A DNA stretch of 40,000 nucleotides, taken from NCBI GenBank assembly GCA_905182375.1, contig CAJJBF010000009.1, positions 5,984 to 45,983 of the forward strand, written 5' to 3'. This DNA comes from Flammeovirgaceae bacterium UBA4465 (lineage in GTDB: Bacteria > Bacteroidota > Bacteroidia > Cytophagales > Cyclobacteriaceae). The notes beneath the pieces are model-generated. The model saw nothing but the letters and a program-made list of their open reading frames with translations. It did no database searches and had not been told where the DNA came from. Positions within the stretch are counted from its first letter, which is position 1; every line of letters begins with the position of its first letter. Positions 9,933 to 20,545 of the stretch are shown one piece after another. The position numbers and the translations under genes are program-made.

Positions 9933-11189
9933 TTATGCTTGTATCTCTGATCGAAATGAGTTGTAAAAGTAGCCGGTCATAAACATACATACTATATGAT
10001 ATGTAACGATTAAAGCGGATCCGATATCCAAAAATGAATGAGGCATAAACCAATCTCCATAAAAAAAAACTACTGCCACGGCGATGATATTCTTGATTAT
10101 TTCCACATAAATGGCACTCCAATGCTTATCCATCAATAAAGTCATACTAGCAATGGACAAATACATAAAACCTCCAAAATAAATCAAAATTTGATAGCCA
10201 ATTTCAGCTGCATAATTGAAAAAAATCAATGAGATGATAGAAATGCATGTCCATTGAAACCAACACCAAATATGAAAGAAAAGTGGGTAGTCCGGATCGT
10301 ATTTTAACTGATCATACACGGGTTCAGTCAACTGAATAGGATAAGCCTCAGCGACATCTTTGGGCCGCCAACCCGTAGGTTTAAACCAAATGACAAGTTT
10401 ATCATACCAGGACTTCGCTCTCCAAGCATCCTGAAGGAGTTGCCAAAGGTGAATAAAATTAATGACAAACGGATTCCAACTCTTGACCGGCTTTTTTACG
10501 CCATAGACGGGTGGTTCATTCGCTAATTCTTCTTGAAAGGTTCCGAAAATTTTATCCCAGAAAATGAAAATTTGAGAAAGGTTTTTATCAATATAAATAT
10601 CGTTAATCGCATGATGTACCCTGTGATGCGAAGGAGTTACTAAAACATATTCCAGAAATCCAAGCTTTCCGATTAATTTGGTATGATACCAATATTGTGA
10701 GAATAAATGGAGCGGTGCAATGAAGGCAATAACTTGAGCCGGTACCCCTAATAATGCAGTGGGAAGTAAAAAAACAAAAGAGATTGAAAACCAGTTTGAA
10801 ATAGACTGTCTCAAGGCACAACCTAAGTTGAACTCTTCACTGCTGTGATGAACCAAATGATGGTTCCAGAAATAATTAATTTTATGGGATATTCGGTGGA
10901 CCCAATAACCTGAAAAATCCAATCCTATAAAAGCAACCAAATAAATTACCCATGTCTCTTGAATCTGTATCAAGCTCAAGTTACCAACCATCCAATCATA
11001 AGAAACAATGATGACCGTTAAACCTAAAACATCTTTAAACACATTGGTTACTCCAGAAATAAGACTGGCTAAGGTATCCATACTCCTCACCACCATTTCT
11101 CCTTTCACATGACCGATCCACGCCTCAAAAAAAATCAATATTAAAAAGAAAGGTATGGCATAGTTTAATACACTTACATAAGCTCCCAT
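9933..11189 (-). CDS. fatty acid hydroxylase superfamily (sterol desaturase family) integral membrane protein
   Basis: Histidine boxes HRISH, HHLVHH and HHRVHH, with multiple TM segments. An additional polytopic C-terminal region of about 130 aa is present. Confidence 0.75.
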   Translation of the reverse strand: MGAYVSVLNYAIPFFLILIFFEAWIGHVKGEMVVRSMDTLASLISGVTNVFKDVLGLTVIIVSYDWMVGNLSLIQIQETWVIYLVAFIGLDFSGYWVHRISHKINYFWNHHLVHHSSEEFNLGCALRQSISNWFSISFVFLLPTALLGVPAQVIAFIAPLHLFSQYWYHTKLIGKLGFLEYVLVTPSHHRVHHAINDIYIDKNLSQIFIFWDKIFGTFQEELANEPPVYGVKKPVKSWNPFVINFIHLWQLLQDAWRAKSWYDKLVIWFKPTGWRPKDVAEAYPIQLTEPVYDQLKYDPDYPLFFHIWCWFQWTCISIISLIFFNYAAEIGYQILIYFGGFMYLSIASMTLLMDKHWSAIYVEIIKNIIAVAVVFFYGDWFMPHSFLDIGSALIVTYHIVCMFMTGYFYNSFRSEIQA

Positions 11190-11325
11190 CAGTGTAAAAT
11201 AAATAATTTTCGACCAAAAAATCAGTTTAAATTACGGGGAAGTGATATAAATTAATTTTTTTCAGCCAATTTGATAAATAATAACCCTTATTAATCATTT
11301 TTTACTTTTTAAACACTTTTATAAA

Positions 11326-12996
11326 ATGAATCCTGATCTAAAAATAGCCCAAAGCAAAATCCCAAAAAAGATAGACGTTATTGCTGATTCATTGGGTATT
11401 TCAAAAGAAGATTTAGAACATTACGGGCATTATAAAGCTAAAATTCCCGTTCATCTTATTGATGAGGACAAGGTAAGTCAATCGAAATTAATTCTCGTTA
11501 CAGCCATTACACCAACTCCAGCAGGTGAAGGGAAATCAACCACCACCATAGGTCTTTGTGACGGGCTTAATCGAATCGGAAAAAAAACAATTTCTGTCCT
11601 TAGAGAGCCCTCTTTAGGTCCTGTTTTTGGAATGAAGGGCGGTGCCACTGGTGGCGGTTATTCACAAGTGGTGCCTATGGAAGATATCAATTTACATTTT
11701 ACCGGTGACTTCTCAGCAGTTGAAAAAGCGAATAATCTCCTGTCCGCTCTGATTGGCAATAATATTCAAAGTAAAACCCGAAACCTTGGAATAGATCCAA
11801 GAACGGTGACCTGGAAATGGGTCATGGATATGAATGATCGTACTCTTCGAAATATCATATCGGGATTGGGAGGTAAATCAGGAGGTTTTCCTAGAGAATC
11901 CGGATTTGATATTACGGCAGCCTCAGAGGTCATGGCCATTTTATGCCTTTCAAAAAATTTGACTGATTTAAAATCTAAATTGGCCAACATTTATATCGGA
12001 GATACTTTTAATGGCCAAGCTATTTATGCCCGCGACTTAAACGCACAAGGAGCGATGGCCTCGTTATTAAAAGAAGCCATCAAACCCAATTTGGTCCAAA
12101 CCTTAGAGGGAAATGCAGCCATCATTCATGGCGGTCCTTTTGCTAATATCGCACAAGGCACCAACTCGCTTATCGCTACAAAAATGGGTATGTCACTGGC
12201 TGATTATGTGGTTACAGAGGCTGGATTTGGTGCAGATTTAGGTGCAGAAAAATTTTTTAATATCAAATGTTTTTATGGAAATGTTTCACCCAAAGCAGTT
12301 GTCTTAGTGGCTACCGTGAGAGCCTTAAAATACCATGGGGGTATCAAGAAAGTTGAATTAAACCAATCCAATGCAAAAGCCCTAATCAAGGGAATGGCAA
12401 ATCTTGATAAGCACGTAGAAAACTTAAGACGATTCAACATCCCACTGGTAGTAGCAATCAATAAATTTATCTCAGATACCGTCGAAGAAATACAAATCAT
12501 AAAAGACCATTGTGCTGCCATTGATGTGGAAGTTGCCTTGAGCGACGGATGGGCATTTGGCGGTAAAGGCGCGACAGAACTGGCTTTAAAGGTCGTTGAT
12601 GCAGCGAATCATTGTCAATCACAATATGTCCCTACTTATGACGCAAATTCAAGCATAAAAAATAAAATATCAGCCATCGCCAAAGATATTTATGGTGCAA
12701 AGGCCATTAGCTACACGAGTAAGGCAGAAAAAATCATTAAAAGAGCCATTGATCTAAACATCAGTCATCTACCTATTTGTATGGCTAAAACCCAAAGCTC
12801 GTTATCCGATGACAGTAGCCTTTTTGGTCGTCCCGATCATTTTGGCCTTACGGTACGAGATATGGAAATAGCCACCGGTGCAGGTTTTCTAATTCCCATC
12901 ACAGGAAATATGCTGAGAATGCCTGGATTACCAGAAATTCCTGCTGCTGAGCAAATCGATATTGATGAGGATGGTACCATATCTGGCCTTTCCTAA
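11326..12996 (+). CDS. fhs: formate--tetrahydrofolate ligase
   Basis: 556 aa. TPTPAGEGKSTTTIGL and PICMAKTQSSLSDD are signature FTHFS motifs. Confidence 0.95.
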   Translation: MNPDLKIAQSKIPKKIDVIADSLGISKEDLEHYGHYKAKIPVHLIDEDKVSQSKLILVTAITPTPAGEGKSTTTIGLCDGLNRIGKKTISVLREPSLGPVFGMKGGATGGGYSQVVPMEDINLHFTGDFSAVEKANNLLSALIGNNIQSKTRNLGIDPRTVTWKWVMDMNDRTLRNIISGLGGKSGGFPRESGFDITAASEVMAILCLSKNLTDLKSKLANIYIGDTFNGQAIYARDLNAQGAMASLLKEAIKPNLVQTLEGNAAIIHGGPFANIAQGTNSLIATKMGMSLADYVVTEAGFGADLGAEKFFNIKCFYGNVSPKAVVLVATVRALKYHGGIKKVELNQSNAKALIKGMANLDKHVENLRRFNIPLVVAINKFISDTVEEIQIIKDHCAAIDVEVALSDGWAFGGKGATELALKVVDAANHCQSQYVPTYDANSSIKNKISAIAKDIYGAKAISYTSKAEKIIKRAIDLNISHLPICMAKTQSSLSDDSSLFGRPDHFGLTVRDMEIATGAGFLIPITGNMLRMPGLPEIPAAEQIDIDEDGTISGLS

Positions 12997-13030
12997 CCTT
13001 TCTCCCAAATAATCAATCTTCAAACTGCCG

Positions 13031-14770
13031 TTAACGTGACGCATCAATCCAACTCTGAACCGCTTCTTTGGTGGGATTTTCCAAATCTTTTAACTTCATC
13101 TTTTTGCGTATGCCGCACAGGTCATTATGCAATTTATTTACATTAGATTCACTGAGCTGACTCAAGGTATTCAATCCTATTTTTCGCATTAAGGGAAGGT
13201 AAGCTGCAGGTATACCCTGATCTGTGAATTCTTGATCAGTTGATTGGGTTTCCTTTTTTTCAGGCCTCATTTGAGGAAAAAACAATACATCCTGTATCGA
13301 AGTCGAATTGGTCATAATCATGGTCAAGCGATCAATACCCAATCCAACACCTGAAGTCGGCGGCATCCCATATTCAAGTGCTCGTAAAAAATCCTCGTCC
13401 AAAGCCATAGCCTCCTCATCTCCTCGCGCGGCGAGTGCCAATTGATGTTCAAATCGTTCCCGCTGATCTATGGGGTCATTTAACTCAGAATAAGCATTCA
13501 TAATTTCCTTACCGTTGCATATCGCCTCAAAGCGTTCAACTAAGCCTGGTTTTGAGCGATGCTTTTTAGTCAAAGGAGACATTTCTTCAGGATAATCGAT
13601 AATAAAAGTGGGTTGAATTAATTTTGATTCACATTGTTCTCCAAATATTTCATCTATCAATTTTCCGGAACCCATCGTTTCATCAGTAGCAATTCCTAAA
13701 GATTTAGCTGTTGCTCTTAACGCCTCCTCATCCATCTCTGAAATATCAATACCTGTAAAGTGAGCAATGGCTTCAAACATGGTAAATCGCTTCCAAGGTC
13801 TTTGGAAATCTATTACATGCTCCCCTACCGTTACTTTGGTGTCTCCATGTAATTTAATGGCGATTTGCTCTACAATCTCTTCCATTAAATCCATCATCCA
13901 AAAATAGTCCTTGTAGGCTACATATAATTCTACCTGTGTAAATTCAGGGTTATGAAATCTCGACATTCCTTCATTTCTAAAGTCTTTCGCAAATTCGAAA
14001 ACTCCATCAAATCCACCGACAATGAGCCTTTTTAAGTAAAGCTCATTGGCAATTCTCAAGTACAAAGGCATATCCAATGTATTGTGATGGGTTACGAAAG
14101 GTTTGGCTGCCGCACCGCCGTGAATAGGCTGCAAAATCGGTGTTTCAACCTCTAAATACCCTTTTTCATTCAAGAAATTTCTGATGGTATTTACCAAAAG
14201 TGCCCGCTTGCGAAACGTATCTTTGATCTCAGGATTTACAATAAGATCTAAATATCTTTGTCGATATCTTTGTTCAGGATCAGTAAAAGCATCCCATGTT
14301 TTCTTATTCCCCTCAGCGTCTTCCGTTTCTTTCACAATGGGCAGAGGTCTCAATGACTTGGTCAATATTTTAAAGGAGGTGACATGAATAGATATTTCTC
14401 CTACTTGTGTCACAAATACAAATCCCTTGATCCCTACAATATCTCCAATGTCTAGCTTTTTCTTGAAAACATCATTATACACAGATTTATCATCTCCTGT
14501 GCATATATCATCTCGACGTAGATAAATTTGAATTCTACCCGCATCATCTTGAATTTCAGCAAAAGAAGCGGAACCCATGATACGTCGACTCATGATACGT
14601 CCTGCGATAGATATATTTTTAAAGGATGCTGATTCATCTTTAAACTTCTCCTTAATTTCTCGACTCGTGGTGGTTATTTCAAAAAGTTCCGGAGGATATG
14701 GATCAATATTCATATCCATCAAATCCTTCCTGGCCTTTCGGCGTATCAATTCTTGCTCGCTTAATTGCAT
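13031..14770 (-). CDS. lysS: lysine--tRNA ligase (class II) with a C-terminal extension
   Basis: An OB-fold N-domain and class II core motifs ([29 protein letters not shown]). It has about 75 extra C-terminal residues. Confidence 0.95.
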   Translation of the reverse strand: MQLSEQELIRRKARKDLMDMNIDPYPPELFEITTTSREIKEKFKDESASFKNISIAGRIMSRRIMGSASFAEIQDDAGRIQIYLRRDDICTGDDKSVYNDVFKKKLDIGDIVGIKGFVFVTQVGEISIHVTSFKILTKSLRPLPIVKETEDAEGNKKTWDAFTDPEQRYRQRYLDLIVNPEIKDTFRKRALLVNTIRNFLNEKGYLEVETPILQPIHGGAAAKPFVTHHNTLDMPLYLRIANELYLKRLIVGGFDGVFEFAKDFRNEGMSRFHNPEFTQVELYVAYKDYFWMMDLMEEIVEQIAIKLHGDTKVTVGEHVIDFQRPWKRFTMFEAIAHFTGIDISEMDEEALRATAKSLGIATDETMGSGKLIDEIFGEQCESKLIQPTFIIDYPEEMSPLTKKHRSKPGLVERFEAICNGKEIMNAYSELNDPIDQRERFEHQLALAARGDEEAMALDEDFLRALEYGMPPTSGVGLGIDRLTMIMTNSTSIQDVLFFPQMRPEKKETQSTDQEFTDQGIPAAYLPLMRKIGLNTLSQLSESNVNKLHNDLCGIRKKMKLKDLENPTKEAVQSWIDASR

Positions 14771-15942
14771 TATAATTTTAATTTTCTTCTTTTAATTTCT
14801 TTCTTAATCAACATAAGCTCACGACTGCTTTGTCCTTGAACTGAAGTGTTTTCCTCTGCCCGCCTAAACAAATAAGGCATGACCTGCTCTAGTGGCCCGT
14901 AAGGCACATATTTGGCGACATTGTAACCTTCATCGGACAATTTAAATGATATATTATCACTCATTCCCAATAATTGAGCAAAAAATATCCGCGCATCATT
15001 CTTGTCATAACCATATTGCTGTATCAGTTCAACTAAGCCTTTGCTCGAGGCTTCATTATGAGTCCCCAAACAAATCGAAAAATGTGCTAAATTTTCTATT
15101 GCAAACTTTACGCCCTTATTATAATCTCTGTCTGTAGCTTCTTTATTGGGTTGAATCGGATCTGGGTATCCCAATGATTGTGCCCGAAAACGTTCTTGTT
15201 CCAGGTAAGCCCCCCGCACTATTTTAGCTCCAAAATACACTTTGGAAGCGTTCATTTTCTCAAATCCCGCTTTCATTCTATCCAACATATCTCGCCGGTA
15301 AAACTGATAGGTATTGTAAACAATTACCCGCTCAGTATTGTATTTAATCATTAACTCATAACTGAATTCATCTGCGACATTTTGATACCAACTTTCTTCA
15401 GCGTCAATAAGCAATCGTTGATTTAATTTTGAAATGGCTTGCCCTACTTCAAAGCCGCGCTCCTTGAATCTATTAAATTGATTTTGCTCGTTTCCGGTCA
15501 ATACTTGACCCAACTGAATCTTAGTCATCAAAGATTTTGACCCCAATCCCGAAAGTTTTAACACGCAAAAAGGAATGGAATCATGCTCATTGGCAAATTG
15601 AATGGCCCGTAAAGTCTCTTTTAATGTTTGATCAAAACTTTGCTCCTTTTCTTGCCCTTCAACTGAATAGTCTAAAATAGTTTTGACGTTCAATGTTTTT
15701 AATTGATTGATTTTTTTTTCGCAACCTTGGATACTTTCTCCCCCACAGAATTGATCAAAAAGGGTTGCCTTTATGAGCCCTTTGATAGGAAGTCTAAAAT
15801 GTAACGCCCATTTAATAATTGCGGTCCCGATAAATACTATAAGGGGTCTATTAATAATTGAAAAAATAACATTTGATACTTGTAATTCTCCAAGGGATTT
15901 AGACCGAAAAGTAATTTTAGTATCATCAAAGTTCACCGACAT
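14770..15942 (-). CDS. proline dehydrogenase (monofunctional)
   Basis: 390 aa. The motifs [15 protein letters not shown] and YVPYGP...[14 protein letters not shown] are typical of the PutA-type PRODH domain. There is a 1-nt stop/start overlap with lysS. Confidence 0.85.
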   Translation of the reverse strand: MSVNFDDTKITFRSKSLGELQVSNVIFSIINRPLIVFIGTAIIKWALHFRLPIKGLIKATLFDQFCGGESIQGCEKKINQLKTLNVKTILDYSVEGQEKEQSFDQTLKETLRAIQFANEHDSIPFCVLKLSGLGSKSLMTKIQLGQVLTGNEQNQFNRFKERGFEVGQAISKLNQRLLIDAEESWYQNVADEFSYELMIKYNTERVIVYNTYQFYRRDMLDRMKAGFEKMNASKVYFGAKIVRGAYLEQERFRAQSLGYPDPIQPNKEATDRDYNKGVKFAIENLAHFSICLGTHNEASSKGLVELIQQYGYDKNDARIFFAQLLGMSDNISFKLSDEGYNVAKYVPYGPLEQVMPYLFRRAEENTSVQGQSSRELMLIKKEIKRRKLKL

Positions 15943-16031
15943 ATCACCATCTCATTAACGCATTAGCCACAAAGATAATAAACGACTCAAGGATTCATCA
16001 CTCGAGTTAATCAAAGTATTAAAAAGACATG

Positions 16032-16039
16032 TAATTTTG
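16032..16039 (+). promoter_or_regulatory. candidate Bacteroidota -7 promoter box (TAnnTTTG)
   Basis: TAATTTTG lies 4 nt upstream of the aroB ATG, which would imply a near-leaderless transcript. I found no convincing -33 element. Confidence 0.2.
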
Positions 16040-16043
16040 TAGT

Positions 16044-17096
16044 ATGAAAAAGGCACCACCCAACATACATTTCACTCAAAACGTGAGCCAGCAACTTCAA
16101 AGTTGTCTGACATTGTTTAACCCTGATAAAATCGCCATTTTAGTCGACGAAAATACTTTAGTCCACTGCTTACCTAAATTAACCTCTTTCAAAGGAACCC
16201 TTTTGATTCAAATCGCCAGCGGGGAAAAAAATAAGAATATTGAAACCTGTCAAATCATCTGGCAAAAGTTGACCGATTTTAAATTTACTAGAAAATCATT
16301 ATTAGTCAATCTAGGAGGTGGCGTCATTGGAGATATGGGTGGTTTTGTTGCCGCCACCTTCAAAAGAGGTATTCCCTTTATCAATATACCCACTACGCTG
16401 CTCTCTCAAGTTGATGCCAGCATTGGTGGAAAGTTAGGTGTAGACTTCAATGAATTCAAAAATCACATTGGTGTATTTAAAGATCCTGATGCCATCATCA
16501 TCTGTGATGATTTTTTGAGTACCCTCCCCTATCGGCAGCTCAAATCGGGTTTCGCAGAAATCATCAAACATGGCCTTATCTACGATCCCGCGTACTGGCA
16601 AGATATCCAAATGACCCTCATTTCAGGAATTAAAGAGTGGCAATATTTCATCGAAAAATCCGTGCTGGTCAAAGCCGATGTTGTCAAAAAAGATCCCTAC
16701 GAGTCAGGGTTAAGAAAAATTTTAAACTTTGGACACACGCTTGGACACAGCATTGAATCCTGGTATTTAGATACAGAAAAAGACCTATTACATGGAGAAG
16801 CCATAGCAGCCGGTATGATCATGGAGGCTAAATTAGCTCTCGACTTGGGTTTAATAGAAAAAGAATATTTTAAGCAAGTAGTAAGTTATATTGATCAAGT
16901 TTTTGATCGTGTGATGATATTCCCCCCTTTTGATAAAATCAAAATATTATTGGGACAAGACAAAAAAAATCAAGGATCCACTGTTATGTTTTCCCTAATC
17001 AATGGACCCGGAAGTTGCTTATTTGATATCGAGGTAAGTGATGCACAAATTGCGGACGCCATTAATTTTTATTTAGATTCAGGAAGTAATCCATAA
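16044..17096 (+). CDS. aroB: 3-dehydroquinate synthase
   Basis: NLGGGVIGDMGGFVAATFKRGIPFINIPTTLLSQVDASIGGK and the HGEAIA metal-site motifs. Confidence 0.9.
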   Translation: MKKAPPNIHFTQNVSQQLQSCLTLFNPDKIAILVDENTLVHCLPKLTSFKGTLLIQIASGEKNKNIETCQIIWQKLTDFKFTRKSLLVNLGGGVIGDMGGFVAATFKRGIPFINIPTTLLSQVDASIGGKLGVDFNEFKNHIGVFKDPDAIIICDDFLSTLPYRQLKSGFAEIIKHGLIYDPAYWQDIQMTLISGIKEWQYFIEKSVLVKADVVKKDPYESGLRKILNFGHTLGHSIESWYLDTEKDLLHGEAIAAGMIMEAKLALDLGLIEKEYFKQVVSYIDQVFDRVMIFPPFDKIKILLGQDKKNQGSTVMFSLINGPGSCLFDIEVSDAQIADAINFYLDSGSNP

Positions 17097-17148
17097 ATTG
17101 CCGTTCCTACAGATTACACTTTTTATTTATTCTAGACCCTAATAAATC

Positions 17149-18372
17149 ATGAATTATCAACTTGATCGATATCATCAGCCATTGAATGGAGATATCACCT
17201 TGTCATCATCCAAAAGTGAAAGCAACCGCGCATTGATTATGAATGCCCTTTCTGGTAACCAATTGCAATTGAAAAATTTATCAGATGCTCGTGATACCCA
17301 AACCATGCAACGCTTACTCTCCAAAAAACAACCTGTCTGGGATGTAATTGATGCCGGCACTACGATGCGATTCTGTACGGCTTACCTTGCTATCTCGGGC
17401 TCAGGAGAGATCATTACTGGATCTGATCGTATGAAAGAACGGCCTATCAAACCCCTGGTAGATGCCTTGCGCAGACTGGGTGCAAAAATTGATTATCTGG
17501 CACAAGAGGGATTCCCTCCATTACGTATTAGTGCCCAAAAAAATGTGCCTCAAGCTCAGAAAATAAGTATCCCAGGCAATATCAGCAGTCAATATATCAG
17601 TGCGCTACTAATGATCGGTCCCACGCTGGCTGATGGCATTTCAATTGAACTGACTGATGAGATTTTTTCGCGCCCCTATATAGAGATGACCTTGGCGCTT
17701 ATGCAACATTTTGGTATAAATAGTACCTGGAAAGATCAGACCATACATATAAAACCACAGCCATATAAAGCCCAATCTTACACTATTGAAAGTGATTGGT
17801 CGGGTGCCAGCTACTGGTACAGTATGGTTGCCTTAAATCAAGAAAGCAGTATTTCGCTTCGAGGGCTTCGCTCCGATAGCTTTCAAGGAGATCAAAACAT
17901 CGTTCATATCATGTCCAAGATGGGCGTGAAAACTGAATTTAAATCCGATAGGGTTCAACTAACTTCCATCCCAGTTACTGAAATAAATCAAAACATTGAT
18001 TTTAAAAACTGTCCTGATTTAGCTCAAACGGTCATGGTGGTGGCGGCCATCAAGGGAATTGAATTAACCATGACAGGTCTCGAAAGTCTCAAAATAAAGG
18101 AAACCGATCGTGTGATGGCCATGAAAAAGGAATTACTTAAAATTGGGTGCCTTTTGAATGAAGAAAATGGAATCTGGAGGTTAAAATCGGGTACTGTTCC
18201 AGAGCACCTCCAAACCATAGAAACCTATGAAGATCACAGAATGGCCATGGCCTTTGCTCCCGTATGCATGATTAAAGCCACTACCATTCGGAATATAGAA
18301 GTAGTGAAAAAATCTTATCCTGGTTATTGGGCACATTTAAAATCTGTAGGTATTAACTTTAATGAGTGCTAA
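17149..18372 (+). CDS. aroA: 3-phosphoshikimate 1-carboxyvinyltransferase (EPSP synthase)
   Basis: LSSSKSESNRALIMNAL, MRFCTAYLA, KETDR and DHRMAMAFA motifs. Confidence 0.9.
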   Translation: MNYQLDRYHQPLNGDITLSSSKSESNRALIMNALSGNQLQLKNLSDARDTQTMQRLLSKKQPVWDVIDAGTTMRFCTAYLAISGSGEIITGSDRMKERPIKPLVDALRRLGAKIDYLAQEGFPPLRISAQKNVPQAQKISIPGNISSQYISALLMIGPTLADGISIELTDEIFSRPYIEMTLALMQHFGINSTWKDQTIHIKPQPYKAQSYTIESDWSGASYWYSMVALNQESSISLRGLRSDSFQGDQNIVHIMSKMGVKTEFKSDRVQLTSIPVTEINQNIDFKNCPDLAQTVMVVAAIKGIELTMTGLESLKIKETDRVMAMKKELLKIGCLLNEENGIWRLKSGTVPEHLQTIETYEDHRMAMAFAPVCMIKATTIRNIEVVKKSYPGYWAHLKSVGINFNEC

Positions 18373-18384
18373 AAATATCTAATT

Positions 18385-18903
18385 ATGAGTTTAAAATACT
18401 TTTTAAAAATATTACTCTTCTCAGGATTTCTTTCCATTTTTAATTCCTGTCAGCCTGCCCAGGAAAGATCAACTTCTTTGATACTCATCAGACATGCTGA
18501 AAAAATACTCGCCTCTGGTAATGATCCACAGCTATCTACGAAGGGTTGGCAACGAGCCAATGAGCTAGTGCATATATTTGATGCCGTGGACATTGATGCC
18601 GTTTATGCCAGCCCCTACCGAAGGGCTATAGATACAGCAAGGCCATTGGCTACAGCCAAACAGCTGGAAATACTTCATTACGATCCTAATGAACTGGTCT
18701 CATTTGCTCAGGAACTTTTAAAAACACATCAGGGCGAAACAGTAGTCATCGTTGGACATTCCAATACGACTCCTCAATTGACCAATACCTTGGCTGGTAC
18801 TGAATATTCTGATTTAGAGGAGACGGAATATGACTGGCTCTATTTTGTGGAGATGAGCACTTTTGGTACAACTAAAGTGAAAAAATTAAAGGTTCGCCTC
18901 TAA
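18385..18903 (+). CDS. histidine phosphatase family (SixA/PGAM-like) lipoprotein
   Basis: A lipoprotein-type signal (LSIFNSC), the RHAEK catalytic motif (LIRHAEK) and the GHSNT second His motif. Confidence 0.7.
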   Translation: MSLKYFLKILLFSGFLSIFNSCQPAQERSTSLILIRHAEKILASGNDPQLSTKGWQRANELVHIFDAVDIDAVYASPYRRAIDTARPLATAKQLEILHYDPNELVSFAQELLKTHQGETVVIVGHSNTTPQLTNTLAGTEYSDLEETEYDWLYFVEMSTFGTTKVKKLKVRL

Positions 18904-19001
18904 CAAAAGTTAGAATATAATTTTGAGAAATTAAAAAAACAGAGACTCGAATATTGTAATTAAAATAATAGGAACACATTGCCTTTAGAAATATATTAAC
19001 G

Positions 19002-19009
19002 TACTTTTG
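19002..19009 (+). promoter_or_regulatory. candidate Bacteroidota -7 promoter box (TAnnTTTG)
   Basis: TACTTTTG lies 43 nt upstream of the ATG at 19052. A TTG sits about 20 nt upstream (18979-18981) as a possible -33 element. Confidence 0.3.
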
Positions 19010-19051
19010 ATTTTATAAAAAACAATTTTTCACATAAGAAATAGAATAATT

Positions 19052-19420
19052 ATGAAAAAAATAACACTAATATTCACTTTAACCGCCTTTGCCTTTTTGG
19101 CAAATATAAGCGAGTCTATAGCCCAACGCATCTTTGTTAACGATGTAGACATAAATGAGTTAGATATCGAATATGTTGAATTATCTGTTACTTCAAAACT
19201 ATTAAATCCAACAAAAATGAAAATTTATGTCGATTATGGTCAAAAATGGAGTATCAAGAGACAAAATATAATGAACCCTGAAAAGAAGGTGATTCCTTTC
19301 AATAGTACCATCCATGCATTAAATTTTATGGATAAAAATGGTTGGGTTTATGTGGAACAAACAGCAGTAACTGATGATGGGTCAACTACTTACAAATATT
19401 TGTTAAAGAAAGCAGGATAA
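19052..19420 (+). CDS. hypothetical secreted protein
   Basis: 122 aa ORF with a signal peptide (MKKITLIFTLTAFAFLANISESIAQ). I recognise no family. Confidence 0.4.
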   Translation: MKKITLIFTLTAFAFLANISESIAQRIFVNDVDINELDIEYVELSVTSKLLNPTKMKIYVDYGQKWSIKRQNIMNPEKKVIPFNSTIHALNFMDKNGWVYVEQTAVTDDGSTTYKYLLKKAG

Positions 19421-19442
19421 ATAAATACAGGATAAATAAATG
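19413..19442. repeat. 15-bp tandem direct repeat spanning a stop codon
   Basis: caggataaataaata (19413-19427) is followed immediately by caggataaataaatg (19428-19442). The first unit contains the TAA stop of the 19052..19420 ORF. Confidence 0.6.
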
Positions 19443-19478
19443 AGACTTATATTCTTTAGTGTCCCTGTTAGAAAAATA

Positions 19479-20471
19479 TCAGTCTTGTTTATTTATTTTC
19501 AAAACTCGATAATTATCACCATCTGAAACATATAAATTTTGATCTTTGTCGAATGCGATGTCCCTAGGGAAGTTAAGCTTATTTAGAACATTACCGCTGC
19601 CGTTCCCTCCAATTAGTGAGACCCCCTCTTTGGATCCTAATGACCACTTTTGGATTCTGTGATTGCGAGTATCCGACACATAAATATTTCCTAAGGCATC
19701 TATTGTAACACTCTCAGGATAATTTAATTGCTTAAATTTAGCTCCCTTGCTGCCTGTACCAGCTACTAGGGTAGAGACATTGTATCCACTAGACCATTTT
19801 TGTATCCTGTGATTATCTCTGTCAGCAATGTATAGACTTCCCTTCAAATCTAGCGTAACATCGACAGGGAATCTTAAATATTTATCACCAGATCCTGGCT
19901 TATTTCTATTCCCTGCAACCGTTATTCCTGATGTCGCTCCTTTAGCCCATTTTTGAATACGATGATTGTGCGTATCGGCAATAAAAATATCCCCATTCTC
20001 ATTTATATCTATTCCCATGGGCAGACTCAACTGCGTTGAACTTAAGCCTTGACCATTCCCTCCAGCAACAGTAATACCAACATTAGTTCCTTTCAAGTAT
20101 TTTTGAACCCTATGGTTACGAGAATCTACAACAAATAAATTGTCATCCTGATCTATAACCAACCCTCTTGGAAAGTTCAATTGATTTGCTCCATTACCAC
20201 TACCATTACCACCCGCAATAGTAACTCCAACTTTCGCATTTGGAGACCATTTTTGAACTCGGGAATTAAGTAAATCAGCTACAAGAACGTCTCCATTCGA
20301 CATTACTACAATTCCGGAAGGGTAATCTAATTGATTTAATAAATCTCCTCTTCCATTTCCACCAGCAACAATTGCAATTTCACTTGTTTGAGATAAAACT
20401 TGAAAAAAATTACTCAAGAGTATCACAATCAAAATAGGCTTAGAGGAAATTAGCTCAAATAAATAATTCAT
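19479..20471 (-). CDS. NHL-repeat (six-bladed beta-propeller) secreted protein
   Basis: Six units of about 47 aa each end in N(H/S/Y)R(I/V)(Q/L)K(W/Y/I), with GNG.G....L..P.G(I/V) cores. A hydrophobic signal-like N-terminus is present. Confidence 0.8.
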   Translation of the reverse strand: MNYLFELISSKPILIVILLSNFFQVLSQTSEIAIVAGGNGRGDLLNQLDYPSGIVVMSNGDVLVADLLNSRVQKWSPNAKVGVTIAGGNGSGNGANQLNFPRGLVIDQDDNLFVVDSRNHRVQKYLKGTNVGITVAGGNGQGLSSTQLSLPMGIDINENGDIFIADTHNHRIQKWAKGATSGITVAGNRNKPGSGDKYLRFPVDVTLDLKGSLYIADRDNHRIQKWSSGYNVSTLVAGTGSKGAKFKQLNYPESVTIDALGNIYVSDTRNHRIQKWSLGSKEGVSLIGGNGSGNVLNKLNFPRDIAFDKDQNLYVSDGDNYRVLKINKQD

Positions 20472-20545
20472 AATGATTAGTTTTCATATCAGTTAGACGA
20501 AAATAACACAGATAATTTCGCTTTAAAAGTCTATCTCTGTGTAAG

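Noticed and set aside
18904-19051. A search for tRNA, small RNA or riboswitch in this and the other larger intergenic gaps (11190-11325, 15943-16043, 29075-29243)
   Set aside because: The sequences are AT-rich with no cloverleaf-compatible GC stems or recognisable conserved RNA motifs. They are best explained as promoter regions between divergent or tandem genes.
19479-20471. Regularly spaced repeats that might suggest a CRISPR-like or satellite array
   Set aside because: The periodicity is protein-coding (six NHL blades in one continuous ORF with a signal peptide). The units are diverged at the DNA level and have no spacer/repeat architecture.
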